Position numbers and translations under genes: made by a program
The notes under the pieces: model-generated
What the model saw: only the letters and a program-made list of their open reading frames with translations
What the model was told of the DNA's origin: nothing
Database searches by the model: none
Source: an uncultured Pseudomonadota bacterium
GTDB lineage: Bacteria; Pseudomonadota; Alphaproteobacteria; JACZXZ01
Direction of reading: 5' to 3'
Assembly (NCBI GenBank): GCA_963749075.1
Contig: CAVVLJ010000017.1
Coordinates: forward strand, 224,001-288,000
Length of the DNA stretch: 64,000 bases
In this document: piece after piece, positions 10,521-21,727 of the stretch
How positions within the stretch are numbered: the stretch's first letter is position 1
Layout of the letters: every line of letters starts with the position of its first letter

Positions 10521-11690
10521 CTATTGCAGCGCCTGGTCCAAGTCCGCGATGAGGTCGTCCGCGTCCTCGACGCCGACCGAGAGTCGCACGAGCCCGTCGC
10601 CGATGCCAAGTGCCGCGCGCTGCTCGGCCGGGATCGAGGCGTGGGTCATGATGGCGGGGTGCTCGATGAGGCTCTCGACCCCGCCCAGGCTCTCGGCGAG
10701 CGCCCAGATCTCGCAGCGCTCGAGGAAGCGGCGCGCCGGCTCGAGGCCGCCCTTCAAGAAGGCCGTCACCATGCCGCCGAAGCCGGGCATCTGGCGCCGT
10801 GCCAACGCATGCTGCGGATGGCCGGCGAGTCCCGGATAGATGACGCGCTCGATCTTGGGATGGCGCACGAGCCAGGCGGCGACCGCCGCGGCATTGGCGC
10901 AGTGCCGCTCCATGCGCAGCGCCAGCGTCTTGAGGCCGCGCAAGGCGAGGAAGCTGTCGAAGGGGCCTGCCACCGCACCCACCGCGTTCTGCAGGAAGGC
11001 CAAGCGCTCGGCGAGCTCGCGATCCTCGCCGACCGCGACGATGCCGCCCACCATGTCCGAGTGGCCGTTCAGGTACTTGGTCGCCGAGTGGAGCACCACG
11101 TCGAAGCCGAGCTCGAGCGGGCGCTGCGCCCACGGCGTGGCGAAGGTGTTGTCGCACACGGTGAGGATGCGGCGCCGCCGCGCCGTGGCGGCGATGCGCT
11201 CGAGATCGACCAGCTTGAGGAGCGGATTGGTCGGCGTCTCGACCCAGATCATGCGCGTCTCGGGGCGCAAGGCCGCCTCGAGCGCCGCGGCGTCGCTCAA
11301 GTCGGCGTAAGTGATCGCGAGCCCGGCCGAGCGCCTGCGCACGCCCTCGAAGAGCCGGTAGGTGCCGCCGTAGAGATCGTCCATGGCGACGAGGTGCTGG
11401 CCGTGATCGAGGAGCTCGAGCACGGTCGAGGCGGCGGCGAGGCCCGAGGCGAAGGCGAAGCCCTGCCGCCCGCTCTCGAGGTCGGCGAGGCAGCGCTCGT
11501 AGGCCATGCGCGTCGGGTTCTGGCTGCGCGAATACTCGTAGCCCTTGTGCACGCCGGGGCTCTCCTGCACGTAGGTCGAGGTGGCATAGATCGGCGTCAT
11601 GATGGCGCCGGTCGAGGGATCGGGGCTCTGGCCCGCGTGGATCGAGCGGGTCGCGAAGCCCAGGCGATTGCTCTTGGAAGAATTGTCCAT
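10521..11690 (-). CDS. Cystathionine gamma-lyase/gamma-synthase family PLP enzyme
   Basis: YEYSRSQNPTR, ETPTNP, DNTFATP, HSATKYLNGHSD (PLP Lys), AESLGGVESL, RLSVGVE. Sits downstream of CBS, consistent with reverse transsulfuration. Confidence 0.95.
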   Translation of the reverse strand: MDNSSKSNRLGFATRSIHAGQSPDPSTGAIMTPIYATSTYVQESPGVHKGYEYSRSQNPTRMAYERCLADLESGRQGFAFASGLAAASTVLELLDHGQHLVAMDDLYGGTYRLFEGVRRRSAGLAITYADLSDAAALEAALRPETRMIWVETPTNPLLKLVDLERIAATARRRRILTVCDNTFATPWAQRPLELGFDVVLHSATKYLNGHSDMVGGIVAVGEDRELAERLAFLQNAVGAVAGPFDSFLALRGLKTLALRMERHCANAAAVAAWLVRHPKIERVIYPGLAGHPQHALARRQMPGFGGMVTAFLKGGLEPARRFLERCEIWALAESLGGVESLIEHPAIMTHASIPAEQRAALGIGDGLVRLSVGVEDADDLIADLDQALQ

Positions 11691-11709
11691 CGGGGCGCTC
11701 CAGCCGCCG

Positions 11710-13092
11710 CTACTTCATGCGCCGGCGCAGATAGTTGAGGAGATCGATGCGGGTGATGAGGCCGAGGAACTGCTCGCCGTCCCGCACGATGGCGACATGG
11801 CCCTTCTTCAGGATGTCGAGCACGGAGGCGAGCGGCGCCGCGGGAGCCACGGTCTCGAGCTTGCGCGTCATGGCGCTCGCCACGGCATCGCGGAAGCGCT
11901 CCTCGTGGTCGAAGACGCGCAAGAGGATGTCCTCCTCGTCGACGATGCCGACGATGCGCTCCTCGGCCATCACCGGGAGCTGCGAGACGTCGTAGAGCTT
12001 CATGCGGCTCAAGGCGGTCATCAGCGTATCGTCGGGCTTCACGGTGACGGTCGCGTGCTGGCGGTGCCGGCGCAGGATGAGATCGCCGAGATCGTGGCGC
12101 TGCGGGCGCTCGAGGAAGCCCTGATCGAGCATCCAGTAGTCGTTGTACACCTTCGAGAGATATTTGTTGCCGCTGTCGCAGACGAGGGTGACGACGCGCT
12201 TCTCCGTCGCTTGCGCGCGGCAATAGGCGAGCGCCGCCGCGAGGAGGGTGCCCGAGGAGGTGCCGGCGAGAATGCCCTCCTTCAGAAGGAGCTCGCGGCA
12301 GGCGAGGAAGGCCTCGCGGTCGGGGATGCTGTAGGTGCGCACGACGCGCGAGAGGTCGGCTATCGGCGGCAGGAAATCCTCGCCGATGCCCTCGACGAGC
12401 CAGGAGCCCGCCTCGCGCGCGAGCGTGCCGCTGCGAACGTATTCGGCCAGCACCGAGCCCTCGGGATCGGCGAGGATCATCTCCGCCCGCGGTGCCACGC
12501 GCGCAAAGTAGCGCGAGAGGCCGGCCATGGTGCCGCCCGAGCCGACGCCGCAGACGACGGCGTCGAGCCGGCCCTCCATCTGCTGCCAGATCTCCGGGCC
12601 GGTCGTCTCCTCGTGGGCGCGCGGGTTGCTCGCATTGGCGAACTGGTTGACGTAGACGCCGCCCGGCGTCTCGCGCGCCAGGCGCTCGGCCATGTCCTGG
12701 TAATAGTCGGGGTGGCCCTTGCCCACGTCGGAGCGGGTGAGGATCACCTCGGCGCCGAGCGCGCGGAGATGGAAGATCTTCTCCTGGCTCATCTTGTCGG
12801 GAATGACGAGGAGGAGCCGGTAGCCCTTCTGCGCCGCCACGAGGGCGAGGCCGAGCCCGGTATTGCCCGCCGTCGCCTCGATGACCGTGCCGCCGGGCTT
12901 GAGCCGGCCTTGGCGCTCGGCGTCCTCGATCATGGCGCGGCCGATGCGGTCCTTGATCGAGCCGCCCGGGTTCTGGCTCTCGAGCTTGGCGAAGAGCCGG
13001 CACGGCCCGCGCTCGAGCCGCGTGAGCTCGACGAGCGGCGTGTTGCCGATCATCTCCAGCACGTTGCCATAGACGGCAGCGGGGGCGGGCAT
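11710..13092 (-). CDS. Cystathionine beta-synthase with C-terminal CBS domains
   Basis: IGNTPLV, NPGGSIKDR, EATAGNTG, GSGGT, EGIG, DSGNKYLSK, plus a C-terminal CBS pair. ATG 13092 with GGAGG RBS. Confidence 0.95.
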   Translation of the reverse strand: MPAPAAVYGNVLEMIGNTPLVELTRLERGPCRLFAKLESQNPGGSIKDRIGRAMIEDAERQGRLKPGGTVIEATAGNTGLGLALVAAQKGYRLLLVIPDKMSQEKIFHLRALGAEVILTRSDVGKGHPDYYQDMAERLARETPGGVYVNQFANASNPRAHEETTGPEIWQQMEGRLDAVVCGVGSGGTMAGLSRYFARVAPRAEMILADPEGSVLAEYVRSGTLAREAGSWLVEGIGEDFLPPIADLSRVVRTYSIPDREAFLACRELLLKEGILAGTSSGTLLAAALAYCRAQATEKRVVTLVCDSGNKYLSKVYNDYWMLDQGFLERPQRHDLGDLILRRHRQHATVTVKPDDTLMTALSRMKLYDVSQLPVMAEERIVGIVDEEDILLRVFDHEERFRDAVASAMTRKLETVAPAAPLASVLDILKKGHVAIVRDGEQFLGLITRIDLLNYLRRRMK

Positions 13093-13340
13093 GGGGCCTC
13101 CAGGGAAGTGCGAGCGCCTCAAAATAGTCCCTTTCGCCGCTTAGGTCCAAGTCGGGGGAGGCCGCGGGCGCCGGCAAAAGCCGCAGGTTTCCACGGGGTT
13201 TTGGCGCCGATTTGAGCAATGCTAACCGGGGAGGGCTAGGCCGCGCATGGAGCATTGAACTTGCGCCCAAATGACGGCATTCTTGCGCTATGGGCGGCAA
13301 AGCCGCTATCCGTTAACGAACACTCGACAGGGAGGAGCAA

Positions 13341-14603
13341 ATGACTAAGGCGAATGTGCGCAAGGGCGCGTCCGGGGTGAGCCGCCGCGGGCTCTTGCAG
13401 GCAGGTGCTGCACTCGGCGTCCTGCAAGTGACGGCACCCTTCATCCTGAGCGCGCGCGGCGAAGCGCCGGTCAAGATCGGCTTGGTCGATCCGCTGACCG
13501 GCGTGCTGTCGGCGCTGGCGCAAAGCGAGGTCGACGGCGCCAAGTACGCCGAGGCCGAAATCAACAAGAAGGGCGGCATTCTCGGCCGCCAGGTCCAGCT
13601 CCTGGTCGAGGACTCGGCCAATGACGTGGGCACCGGCGTGCAGAAGACGCGGAAGCTCATCGACCGCGACAAGGTCGACGTGATTCTGGGCGACGTGAAC
13701 TCCGGCATCGCCTACGCGATGTCGCAGGTGACCAGCGAGAAGAAAGTCTTCCATATCGTGCCCGGCGGCCATACCGATCCGATCACCGGCACCAATTGCA
13801 AATGGAACGTCTTCCGCGTCTGCAACACCACCACGATGGACGCGGAGGCGGTCACGCCCGAGCTGGTGAAGCGGTTCGGCAAGAAATGGTTCTTCGTGAC
13901 ACCGGACTATGCGTACGGCCATACGCTGCAGGACGCCTTCATCAAGGCCCTGACGAAGCTGGGCGGCACCTACGACGGCGACTATCTGCCGATCAACAAC
14001 ACCGATTTCTCCGCCACCCTGATCAAGGCCAAGGGTTTCAAGCCGAACGTGCTGCTCAACAACATGGGCGGGCTGACGCAGATCAACTGCATGAAGCAAT
14101 TCACCCAGTTCGGCTTGCAGAAGGACATGGCGCTCGGCGGCGCGCTCTTCGAGCTGGAGAGCGTCAAGGCGCTGCCGCCGGAGGCGCAAGCCGGCTGGTG
14201 GGACATGGAGTGGTGGTGGAATCAGCCCAAAGTGCCCGAGGTCGTGAAATTCGTCGCCGACTACCGTGCGGCGACCAAGAAGACGCCCTCCGCGCGCGAC
14301 TGGTTCGGCTATGTCTCGATGCATACGGTGCGGCTCGGGGCGGAGAAGGCGAAGTCGCTCGACGGCCTCAAAATGGCCAAGGCGATGGAGGACCTCGAGC
14401 TGCCGCCGGACGTGGCGCTGCAGCCCGGCAAGGTGCGTTATCGCGCGGGCGACCACGAGCTGATGCCCAACATCTTCGTCGGCGAAATGCATCCGCCGAA
14501 GGGAGCCCCGGACGACGTATTCACGGTCGCCGAGATGATACCGGGCGAACAGGCCGCCGGCTCGGTCGCCAACACCGGCTGCAAGATGGTTTACCCGAGC
14601 TGA
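13341..14603 (+). CDS. Branched-chain amino acid-type ABC transporter substrate-binding protein (Tat signal)
   Basis: SRRGLLQ twin-arginine signal; PBP1 fold motifs (VKIGLVDPLTG, PDYAYG). GGAGGAG RBS. Confidence 0.92.
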   Translation: MTKANVRKGASGVSRRGLLQAGAALGVLQVTAPFILSARGEAPVKIGLVDPLTGVLSALAQSEVDGAKYAEAEINKKGGILGRQVQLLVEDSANDVGTGVQKTRKLIDRDKVDVILGDVNSGIAYAMSQVTSEKKVFHIVPGGHTDPITGTNCKWNVFRVCNTTTMDAEAVTPELVKRFGKKWFFVTPDYAYGHTLQDAFIKALTKLGGTYDGDYLPINNTDFSATLIKAKGFKPNVLLNNMGGLTQINCMKQFTQFGLQKDMALGGALFELESVKALPPEAQAGWWDMEWWWNQPKVPEVVKFVADYRAATKKTPSARDWFGYVSMHTVRLGAEKAKSLDGLKMAKAMEDLELPPDVALQPGKVRYRAGDHELMPNIFVGEMHPPKGAPDDVFTVAEMIPGEQAAGSVANTGCKMVYPS

Positions 14604-14620
14604 TCCGCGCCGCGAAACGC

Positions 14621-14660
14621 CTCCCTCCGCCGCGCGGCTGACGGCCGGCGGCGGAGGGAG
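14621..14660 (+). other. Intercistronic stem-loop between the SBP and permease genes
   Basis: 13 bp perfect stem ctccctccgccgc / gcggcggagggag with no U-tract; typical of mRNA-stabilising hairpins. Confidence 0.6.
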
Positions 14661-14698
14661 GGGTCGCCTGCCAGGGAATTTCGAGCGAAGAGCGGCCG

Positions 14699-15568
14699 AT
14701 GGCGCAAGTCATACTGTTCAACGTCACCAATGGGCTGATCATCGGCGCCTTCTACGTGCTGATGGCACTCGGCCTCTCGCTCATCCTCAATCTCAGCAAC
14801 GTCATCAACTTCGCGCACGGCAATTTCCTGGCGCTCGGCGGCTATCTGGCGTTCATGCTGTCGCCCACGCTCGGCTATTGGGGCGCGCTCCTGGTCTCGC
14901 CGCTGCTCACGGCGCTCATCGGCGTGGCGGTCGAGCGGCTGATGATCCGCAGGGTCTATAACCGCGATCCGGTCTATAGCCTGCTGCTCACCTTCGGACT
15001 CGCGTTCGTGATGCAGGACATGGCGCGCTACATCTGGGGCCCGAACGGTCTGCCGATGGGCCTGCCGGCCGCCTTGGCGCAGCCCATCAGCGCTGAGCTC
15101 TTCTTCATCACCTGGTACCGCATCTTCATGGTGACGATCGTCATCGTCGCCGTGGTCGGCCTCTTCGCCTTCCTGCGCTATACCCGGGTGGGCCTGCGCA
15201 TCCGCGCAGGCACGCTCGATCTCGAAACCGTGGCCTCGCTGGGCGTCAACGTTCATCTCCTGCGCACGCTCAATTTCTCCGTGGGCTGCCTCTTGGCGGG
15301 CCTGAGCGGCGTGCTCGCCGCCGGGCAGATCGGCCTCAATCCCAACATGGGCGATGACCTCCTGATGCCGAGCTTCATCGCGATCATCGTCGGCGGCGTC
15401 GGCAGCCTCACCGGCACTTTGTTCGGCGGCCTGCTGATCGGCGTGGCGGCGGCGCTGACCACCGTCGTCTACCCCGCCGCGAGCGAGGCGGTCATCTACG
15501 TGATCCTGGTGCTCGTGCTCCTCATCCGGCCGCGCGGTCTCATGGGCGAGGAAGGGATGCTGACATGA
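14699..15568 (+). CDS. livH: Branched-chain amino acid ABC permease (LivH-like)
   Basis: ALGLSLI..NFAHG and GGVGSL motifs; multi-TM. Confidence 0.9.
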   Translation: MAQVILFNVTNGLIIGAFYVLMALGLSLILNLSNVINFAHGNFLALGGYLAFMLSPTLGYWGALLVSPLLTALIGVAVERLMIRRVYNRDPVYSLLLTFGLAFVMQDMARYIWGPNGLPMGLPAALAQPISAELFFITWYRIFMVTIVIVAVVGLFAFLRYTRVGLRIRAGTLDLETVASLGVNVHLLRTLNFSVGCLLAGLSGVLAAGQIGLNPNMGDDLLMPSFIAIIVGGVGSLTGTLFGGLLIGVAAALTTVVYPAASEAVIYVILVLVLLIRPRGLMGEEGMLT

Positions 15569-16541
15569 GCACCGCGATCGCCGCCACCGCGGTGCGCCGC
15601 TCGGCCGAGCGGCGCTGGCTGCCGCTCGTCGCCATCTGGGCGGTGCTGCTCGCGGTGCCGTTCTGGCTCCCGATGCTCGGCGGCTATACCGCGCTCGCCG
15701 GGCGCGTGCTGGTGCTCGGGCTGGCGGCCATGGGGCTCAACATGCTGTTGGGCTTCACCGGCGTCCTGAGCTTCGGCCACGCGGCCTATTTCGGGCTCGG
15801 CGCCTATGGCGCCGGCCTCACCCTCAGATACCTCGTGCATAGCACGCCGCTCGCCATGCTCGCCGGCACGCTGCTCGGCGGCCTGGCCGGCATGCTGTTC
15901 GGCCTCTTGATCGTGCGGCGGCGCGGCGTCTATTTCGCGATGTGCACCATCGCCTTCGGACAGATCTGCTATTACATCGCCTATAGTTGGAACGACTTCA
16001 CCGGCGGTTTCGACGGGCTGCGCGATTTCCACCGCGAGCCGATCGGATGGGGAGCGCTCACCCTCGACATCACGGAAGGCGGCGCCCGGTTCTACTATTT
16101 CCTCCTGGCGATCTTCGCCGCGGCCCTGGCGTTGATGGGCCTTCTCCTGCGCTCCCCCTTCGGCCGCACCTTGCGCGCCATCCGCGAGAACGAGCGCCGC
16201 GCGCGTTTCCTCGGCATTCCGGTGGAGCGGCACATCTGGCTGTCGTTCACGATCTCCTGCTTCTTCACGGCACTCGCCGGGACGCTCTATGCGCTCCTCA
16301 ACAATTTCGCCGATCCCTTGGCCCTGCATTACTCGCTGTCGGGCTATTTCGTGGTTATGGCGGTGATGGGCGGCATGCGCTCGTTCTGGGGGCCGCTCCT
16401 GGGGGCGGCGGTGTTCGTCGTGCTGCAGGACTACATATCGTCGATGACGGTGAACTGGATGTCGTTCATCGGGCTGATCTTCGTGCTGGTCGTGCTGTTC
16501 TTCCCCCGCGGCCTGCTCGGCATGCTGCGGCGGCGAGCGGC

Positions 16542-16545
<4 letters not shown>
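15565..16545 (+). CDS. livM: Branched-chain amino acid ABC permease (LivM-like)
   Basis: SFGHAAYFGLGAY, GVYFAM, SPFGRTLRAIRENE, PRGL. ATGA overlap with livH. Confidence 0.9.
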
Positions 16546-17287
<742 letters not shown>

Positions 17288-17291
<4 letters not shown>

Positions 17292-18011
17292 AGCCGCTCG
17301 AGGCCGCGGGCCTGCACACTTTTTACGGCAAGAGCCACATTCTGCACGGCGTCGGGTTGGAGGTGAACGAGGGCGAGATCGTGACCCTCCTCGGCCGCAA
17401 CGGCAGCGGCAAGACCACCACGCTTCGCAGCATCATGGGCTTAACGCCGCCGCGCGAAGGCAGCGTCAAGATATTCGGCCAGGAGGCGAGCCGGATGCCG
17501 ACCTTCCAGATCGCGGCACTGGGCATCGGCTATGTGCCGGAAGGCCGCAAGATTTTCGCCAACCTCTCGGTCGAGGAGAATTCTGAGGGTCCCGCTGGTG
17601 CGGCCGGGCCCGTGGACGATCGAGCGCATCTTCGAGAACTTTCCGCAGCTCGCCGAGCGGCGCGGCAATCGCGGCCGGCAGCTCTCCGGCGGCGAGCAGG
17701 AAATGCTGTCGATCGGCCGGGCGCTGCTGATCAACCCCAAGCTCCTTCTCCTCGACGAGCCTTCCCAGGGCTTGGCGCCGTTGATCGTCAAGGAGGTCTT
17801 CCGCATCATCGAACTGATGCGCGACGAGGGCATCTCGGTGCTGCTGGTCGAGCAGAACGTGCGCGTCAGCCTAGCGATCGCCGACCGCGCCTATGTGCTG
17901 AACGAGGGCGAGATCGTCTATAGCGGCAGCGCCGCCACGCTCGCCGCGGACGAGGAGCGCGTCCGCGCCATGGCCGGCGCCAGCGCCGAGGAGTGGTCGA
18001 TCGAGGCCTAG
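17288..18011 (+). CDS. livF: ABC ATPase (LivF-like), split by a +1 frameshift at ~17581
   Basis: GRNGSGKTT in one frame, LSGGEQEML/LLLDEP/VEQN in the next. Span is 724 nt (3n+1). Deleting one T in 'gagaattctg' restores ...VEENLRVP. Confidence 0.88.
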
Positions 18012-18068
18012 CGCCCGCCATCATCGTTCAATCGTGCGTCACCCCCTCCCCACCCTCCCCCCTCAAGG

Positions 18069-19264
18069 CAGGGGAATCGCATATGAGTAAAGATCTATTG
18101 CGTGCGGGGCGAAATTGGATTCTGAGAAGGCTCTCTTCTGGTGGAGGGGCCTTCGATGGAAACACTGATCAGTATTTTCCGAGAAGTTCGCGACCCGAGG
18201 GACGTGAATTCGCGGCATTTGGTGGGTTCGATGCTGTTCATCTCGCTGGCAGCGACGCTGTGCGGGGCGAAGAGTGCGGTCGATATTGCCGACTTTGGCG
18301 AGGCGAATGGGCAAATGCTTGGCGAGATTGTCGAGCTGCCGCATGGCGTGCCGAGCCACGACTGCTTCAGCCGGCTGTTCCGGCTGCTCGAGCCGGCGGA
18401 ATTGGCCACGGCGCTCGCCCGCTTTGCCCAGGCGCTGCGGACGGCGCTGGGGCTGGGCGCGCCGCGGGGCGTTGTCGCCATCGACGGCAAGAGCCTGCGC
18501 CGCGGCTACGAGCGGGGTCGCGCCTTCATGCCGCCGCTGATGGTCAGTGTGTGGGATGCCGAGACGCGGCTGTCGATCGCGGCGCGCCGCGCCGAGGGGG
18601 GCGACGAGATCGCCGCCACGCTGGACGTGCTGAAAAGCTTGGTGCTGAAAGGCTGTACCGTCACCGCCGACGCGCTGCATTGTCATCCGCGCATGGCCGA
18701 AGCGGTCCGCGCGAGTGGCGCTCACTATGCCCTTGGACTGAAGGGCAACCACGGACCGCTCCATCGTGCCGCGCTTGCCGGCTTCGCGAGGGCCGAGGCT
18801 GCGGGCCGGCTCAGCTCGCACGAACAGCTCGAAAGCGGCCACGACCGCCGCGAACGGCGCCGGGTCAGCGTCATCGCCGCGCCGGCCGACGCGCCGGCGT
18901 TCCCACATCTCGCGGCCTTGGCCCGCATCGAGGCCGAGCGCACCGCCCACAGCGGCAAGCGCGAAACCGCCGCCCGCTACGTGGCGCTCTCCAAGCGTCT
19001 CTCGCCGCGCCAAGTGCTCGATGTGACGCGCGCCCATTGGAGTGTCGAAAACCACCTTCATTGGTCCCTCGACGTCGTCTTCCACGAGGACGACGCCCGA
19101 ACGCGAAAGAATTACGGCCCACAAAATCTTGCAGTCATCCGGCGAATGGCACTCGACATCTTGCGAGCTCATCCCGATACTCGCTCCATCTCCCGAAAAA
19201 TGAAGCGCGCATCGTGGAGCAGAGAATTCTTCTTCGACCTCTTTACTCATATGCGATAGCCCTG
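18069..19264 (+). mobile_element. ISAs1-family insertion sequence
   Basis: IRL caggggaatcgcatatgagtaaag (18069-18092) and IRR at 19241-19264 match at 22/24. The 9 bp direct repeat ccctcaagg lies at 18060-18068 and 19265-19273. Confidence 0.93.
18156..19259 (+). CDS. ISAs1-family DDE transposase
   Basis: DPR, PSHD.FSR, AIDGKSLR, TADALHC, LKGNH, HW.VEN.LHW.LDV.F.ED motifs. Confidence 0.95.
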   Translation: METLISIFREVRDPRDVNSRHLVGSMLFISLAATLCGAKSAVDIADFGEANGQMLGEIVELPHGVPSHDCFSRLFRLLEPAELATALARFAQALRTALGLGAPRGVVAIDGKSLRRGYERGRAFMPPLMVSVWDAETRLSIAARRAEGGDEIAATLDVLKSLVLKGCTVTADALHCHPRMAEAVRASGAHYALGLKGNHGPLHRAALAGFARAEAAGRLSSHEQLESGHDRRERRRVSVIAAPADAPAFPHLAALARIEAERTAHSGKRETAARYVALSKRLSPRQVLDVTRAHWSVENHLHWSLDVVFHEDDARTRKNYGPQNLAVIRRMALDILRAHPDTRSISRKMKRASWSREFFFDLFTHMR

Positions 19265-19305
19265 CCCTCAAGGGGGAGGGGGTATTTTTGCCATGCCATA
19301 TAGTT

Positions 19306-19449
19306 CCCCTCTCCCGCCTGCGGGAGAGGGAGGGGCCCGCGGCCGTAAGGCCGTGGGAGGGTGAGGGACAACGCCGACATCTGGCCTTCCCTCACCCTTC
19401 CCGTTGCTGCGCAACGGGCCCCTTCCCTCTCCCGTAAACGGGAGAGGGG
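19306..19449. repeat. Palindromic intergenic repeat (REP/BIME-like pair)
   Basis: Two inverted units, each with a ccctctcccg-N4-cgggagaggg hairpin and an inner hairpin; gggtgaggg and ccctcaccc are complementary across the units. Confidence 0.8.
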
Positions 19450-19450
19450 A

Positions 19451-21679
19451 TCAATCGAACCTCCCGGCGCGCGGGAAGCCGGCGGGCGGCAGGCGGCCGG
19501 CCTGGGCGCGCGCGCCGAGCCACTCCTTGAGCTCGGCCTTGGCGAAGGTGCGCGCGCGCTCGCCGGTGCGGCAGGCGAGCCCCGCCTCGATCTCGAAGGT
19601 CTTCACACAGGCGAGCCCGCCCTGCTTGTAGCGCTGCAGGATGACGCCGCGGCCGCGCGCCATCTCGGGCACCTCGGCGAGCGGGAAGAGGAGGAGCTTG
19701 CGGTTCTCGCCGAGGACCGCGACCCAGTCGCCCGCCACGGCTGCCGCGGCCACGGCCTCGACGCCGGGTGCCAGGTTGAGCACCTGGCGTCCGCCGCGCG
19801 TGCTCGCCACCGCGTCCTCGGCCTTGACCACGAAGCCGCGCCCGTCGTGCGAAGCGACGAGCAGGCGCTCCTCGGACTTGAAGACCCGCATGGCCACGAG
19901 GTCCTGGTCGTTGCCGAGCTCGATCATGAGACGGAGCGGCTCGCCGAAGCCGCGCCCGCCCGGCAGCTTGTCGCAGCCGACCGTATAGAAGCGGCCGTTG
20001 GTGGCGAAGACGAGGAGCTTGTCCGTGGTCTCGGCATGGACGACGAACTTGCCGCGGTCGCCCTCCTTGTATTTGAGCTCGGCCGCGTCGGCGAGGTGGC
20101 CCTTGACGCTCCTGATCCAGCCCTTCTCCGAGCAGATCACCGTGATCGGCTCGCGCTCGACATAGGCCTCGAGCGGCACCTCCTCGAGGACGGGTGCGCT
20201 GCCGATCTCGGTGCGCCGCCGGCCGAGCGCCGTCTTGGGCCCGAAGCGGCCCTTGAGCGCGCGCAGCTCCTCGCCCACCCTCTTCCAGCGCTTGTCCCCG
20301 TCCTTGAGCAGCGCCTTGAGCTCGGCGCGTTCCAGGGAGAGCTTCTTGTGCTCCTCCTTGATGGCGATCTCCTCGAGCCGGCGCAGCGCGCGCAAGCGCA
20401 TGTTGAGGATCGCCTCGACCTGCGCCTCGGAGAGCTTGAAGCGCTTCATCAGGGCCGCCTTGGCGTCGTCCTCCTCGCGGATGATGCGGATGACCTCGTC
20501 GAGATTGAGATAGATGACGCGGAAGCCCTCGAGGATCTCGAGGCGCTCCTCGATCTTGCCGAGGCGGTGGCGCGAGCGGCGCACCAGCACCTCGTGGCGG
20601 TGGTCGAGATAGGCGCGCAGCACCTCGCGCAGGCTCATCACGCGCGGCGTCAAGCCGCCGTCGAGCACGTTCATGTTGAGGCCGACGCGCACCTCGAGCT
20701 CGGTCTGGCGGAAGAGCGTCTCCATCAGCACGCCGGCCTCGACGTTGCGGCTCTTGGGCTCGAGCACGAGGCGGATGTCGTCGGCCGATTCGTCGCGCAC
20801 GTCGGCCAAGAGTGCGAGCTTGCGCTCGGCGAGGAGCTCGGCGATGCGCTCGATGAGGCGCGCCTTTTGCACCTGGTAGGGAATCTCGCGCACCACGACC
20901 TGGTAGGTGCCGCCCTTGAGCTTCTCCACCTCCCAGCGCGCGCGCAGGCGGAAGCTGCCGCGCCCGCTCGCGTAGGCGGCAGTGATGCTCTCGCGCGGCT
21001 CCACGAGCACGCCGCCGGTGGGGAAGTCCGGGCCGGGTATGAAGCGCTGAAGCGTGTCGATGCGCGCCTCGGGATGCTCGATGAGGTGGAGGAGGGCGTC
21101 GCAGAGCTCGCCCACATTGTGCGGCGGGATGCTCGTCGCCATGCCGACGGCGATGCCCTGGGCGCCGTTCGCCAAGAGGTTCGGGAAGTTGGCCGGCAGC
21201 ACCACCGGCTCGGCACCCTCGCCGTCGTAGGTCGGGCGGAAGTCGACCGCGCCCTCGTCGATGCCCTCGAGCAGGAGCTCGGCCACGGCGGTCATGCGCG
21301 CCTCCGTGTAGCGCATGGCCGCGGCATTGTCGCCGTCCACGTTGCCGAAATTGCCCTGGCCGTCGACGAGGGGGTAGCGCGCGGCGAACTCCTGCGCCAG
21401 GCGCACGAGCGCGTCATAGATCGCGTCGTTGCCGTGGGGGTGATACTTGCCCATCACGTCGCCCACGATGCGCGCGCATTTCTTGAAGCCCTGGCCGGGA
21501 TCGAGGCGCAGCTCGCGCATGGCGTGGAGGAGCCGGCGGTGCACCGGCTTCAAGCCGTCGCGCACGTCGGGCAGCGAGCGCGCCATGATCGTCGAGAGCG
21601 CGTAGGAGAGATAGCGCTCGCTGAGCGCGTCCGCGAAGGGCGTCGAGCGGATCTCTCCAGCGCTCGTGCTGTTGGCCAT
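19451..21679 (-). CDS. parC: DNA topoisomerase IV subunit A
   Basis: [30 protein letters not shown] (active Tyr); short C-terminal domain without a GyrA box. Confidence 0.96.
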   Translation of the reverse strand: MANSTSAGEIRSTPFADALSERYLSYALSTIMARSLPDVRDGLKPVHRRLLHAMRELRLDPGQGFKKCARIVGDVMGKYHPHGNDAIYDALVRLAQEFAARYPLVDGQGNFGNVDGDNAAAMRYTEARMTAVAELLLEGIDEGAVDFRPTYDGEGAEPVVLPANFPNLLANGAQGIAVGMATSIPPHNVGELCDALLHLIEHPEARIDTLQRFIPGPDFPTGGVLVEPRESITAAYASGRGSFRLRARWEVEKLKGGTYQVVVREIPYQVQKARLIERIAELLAERKLALLADVRDESADDIRLVLEPKSRNVEAGVLMETLFRQTELEVRVGLNMNVLDGGLTPRVMSLREVLRAYLDHRHEVLVRRSRHRLGKIEERLEILEGFRVIYLNLDEVIRIIREEDDAKAALMKRFKLSEAQVEAILNMRLRALRRLEEIAIKEEHKKLSLERAELKALLKDGDKRWKRVGEELRALKGRFGPKTALGRRRTEIGSAPVLEEVPLEAYVEREPITVICSEKGWIRSVKGHLADAAELKYKEGDRGKFVVHAETTDKLLVFATNGRFYTVGCDKLPGGRGFGEPLRLMIELGNDQDLVAMRVFKSEERLLVASHDGRGFVVKAEDAVASTRGGRQVLNLAPGVEAVAAAAVAGDWVAVLGENRKLLLFPLAEVPEMARGRGVILQRYKQGGLACVKTFEIEAGLACRTGERARTFAKAELKEWLGARAQAGRLPPAGFPRAGRFD

Positions 21680-21727
21680 GAGGACTCCTTGGAGACGCGA
21701 GATATAGTAGCCGGCCGCGCGGCCCCG

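Noticed and set aside
13093-13340. SAM or other riboswitch upstream of the cystathionine genes
   Set aside because: No recognisable consensus; looks like a divergent promoter region.
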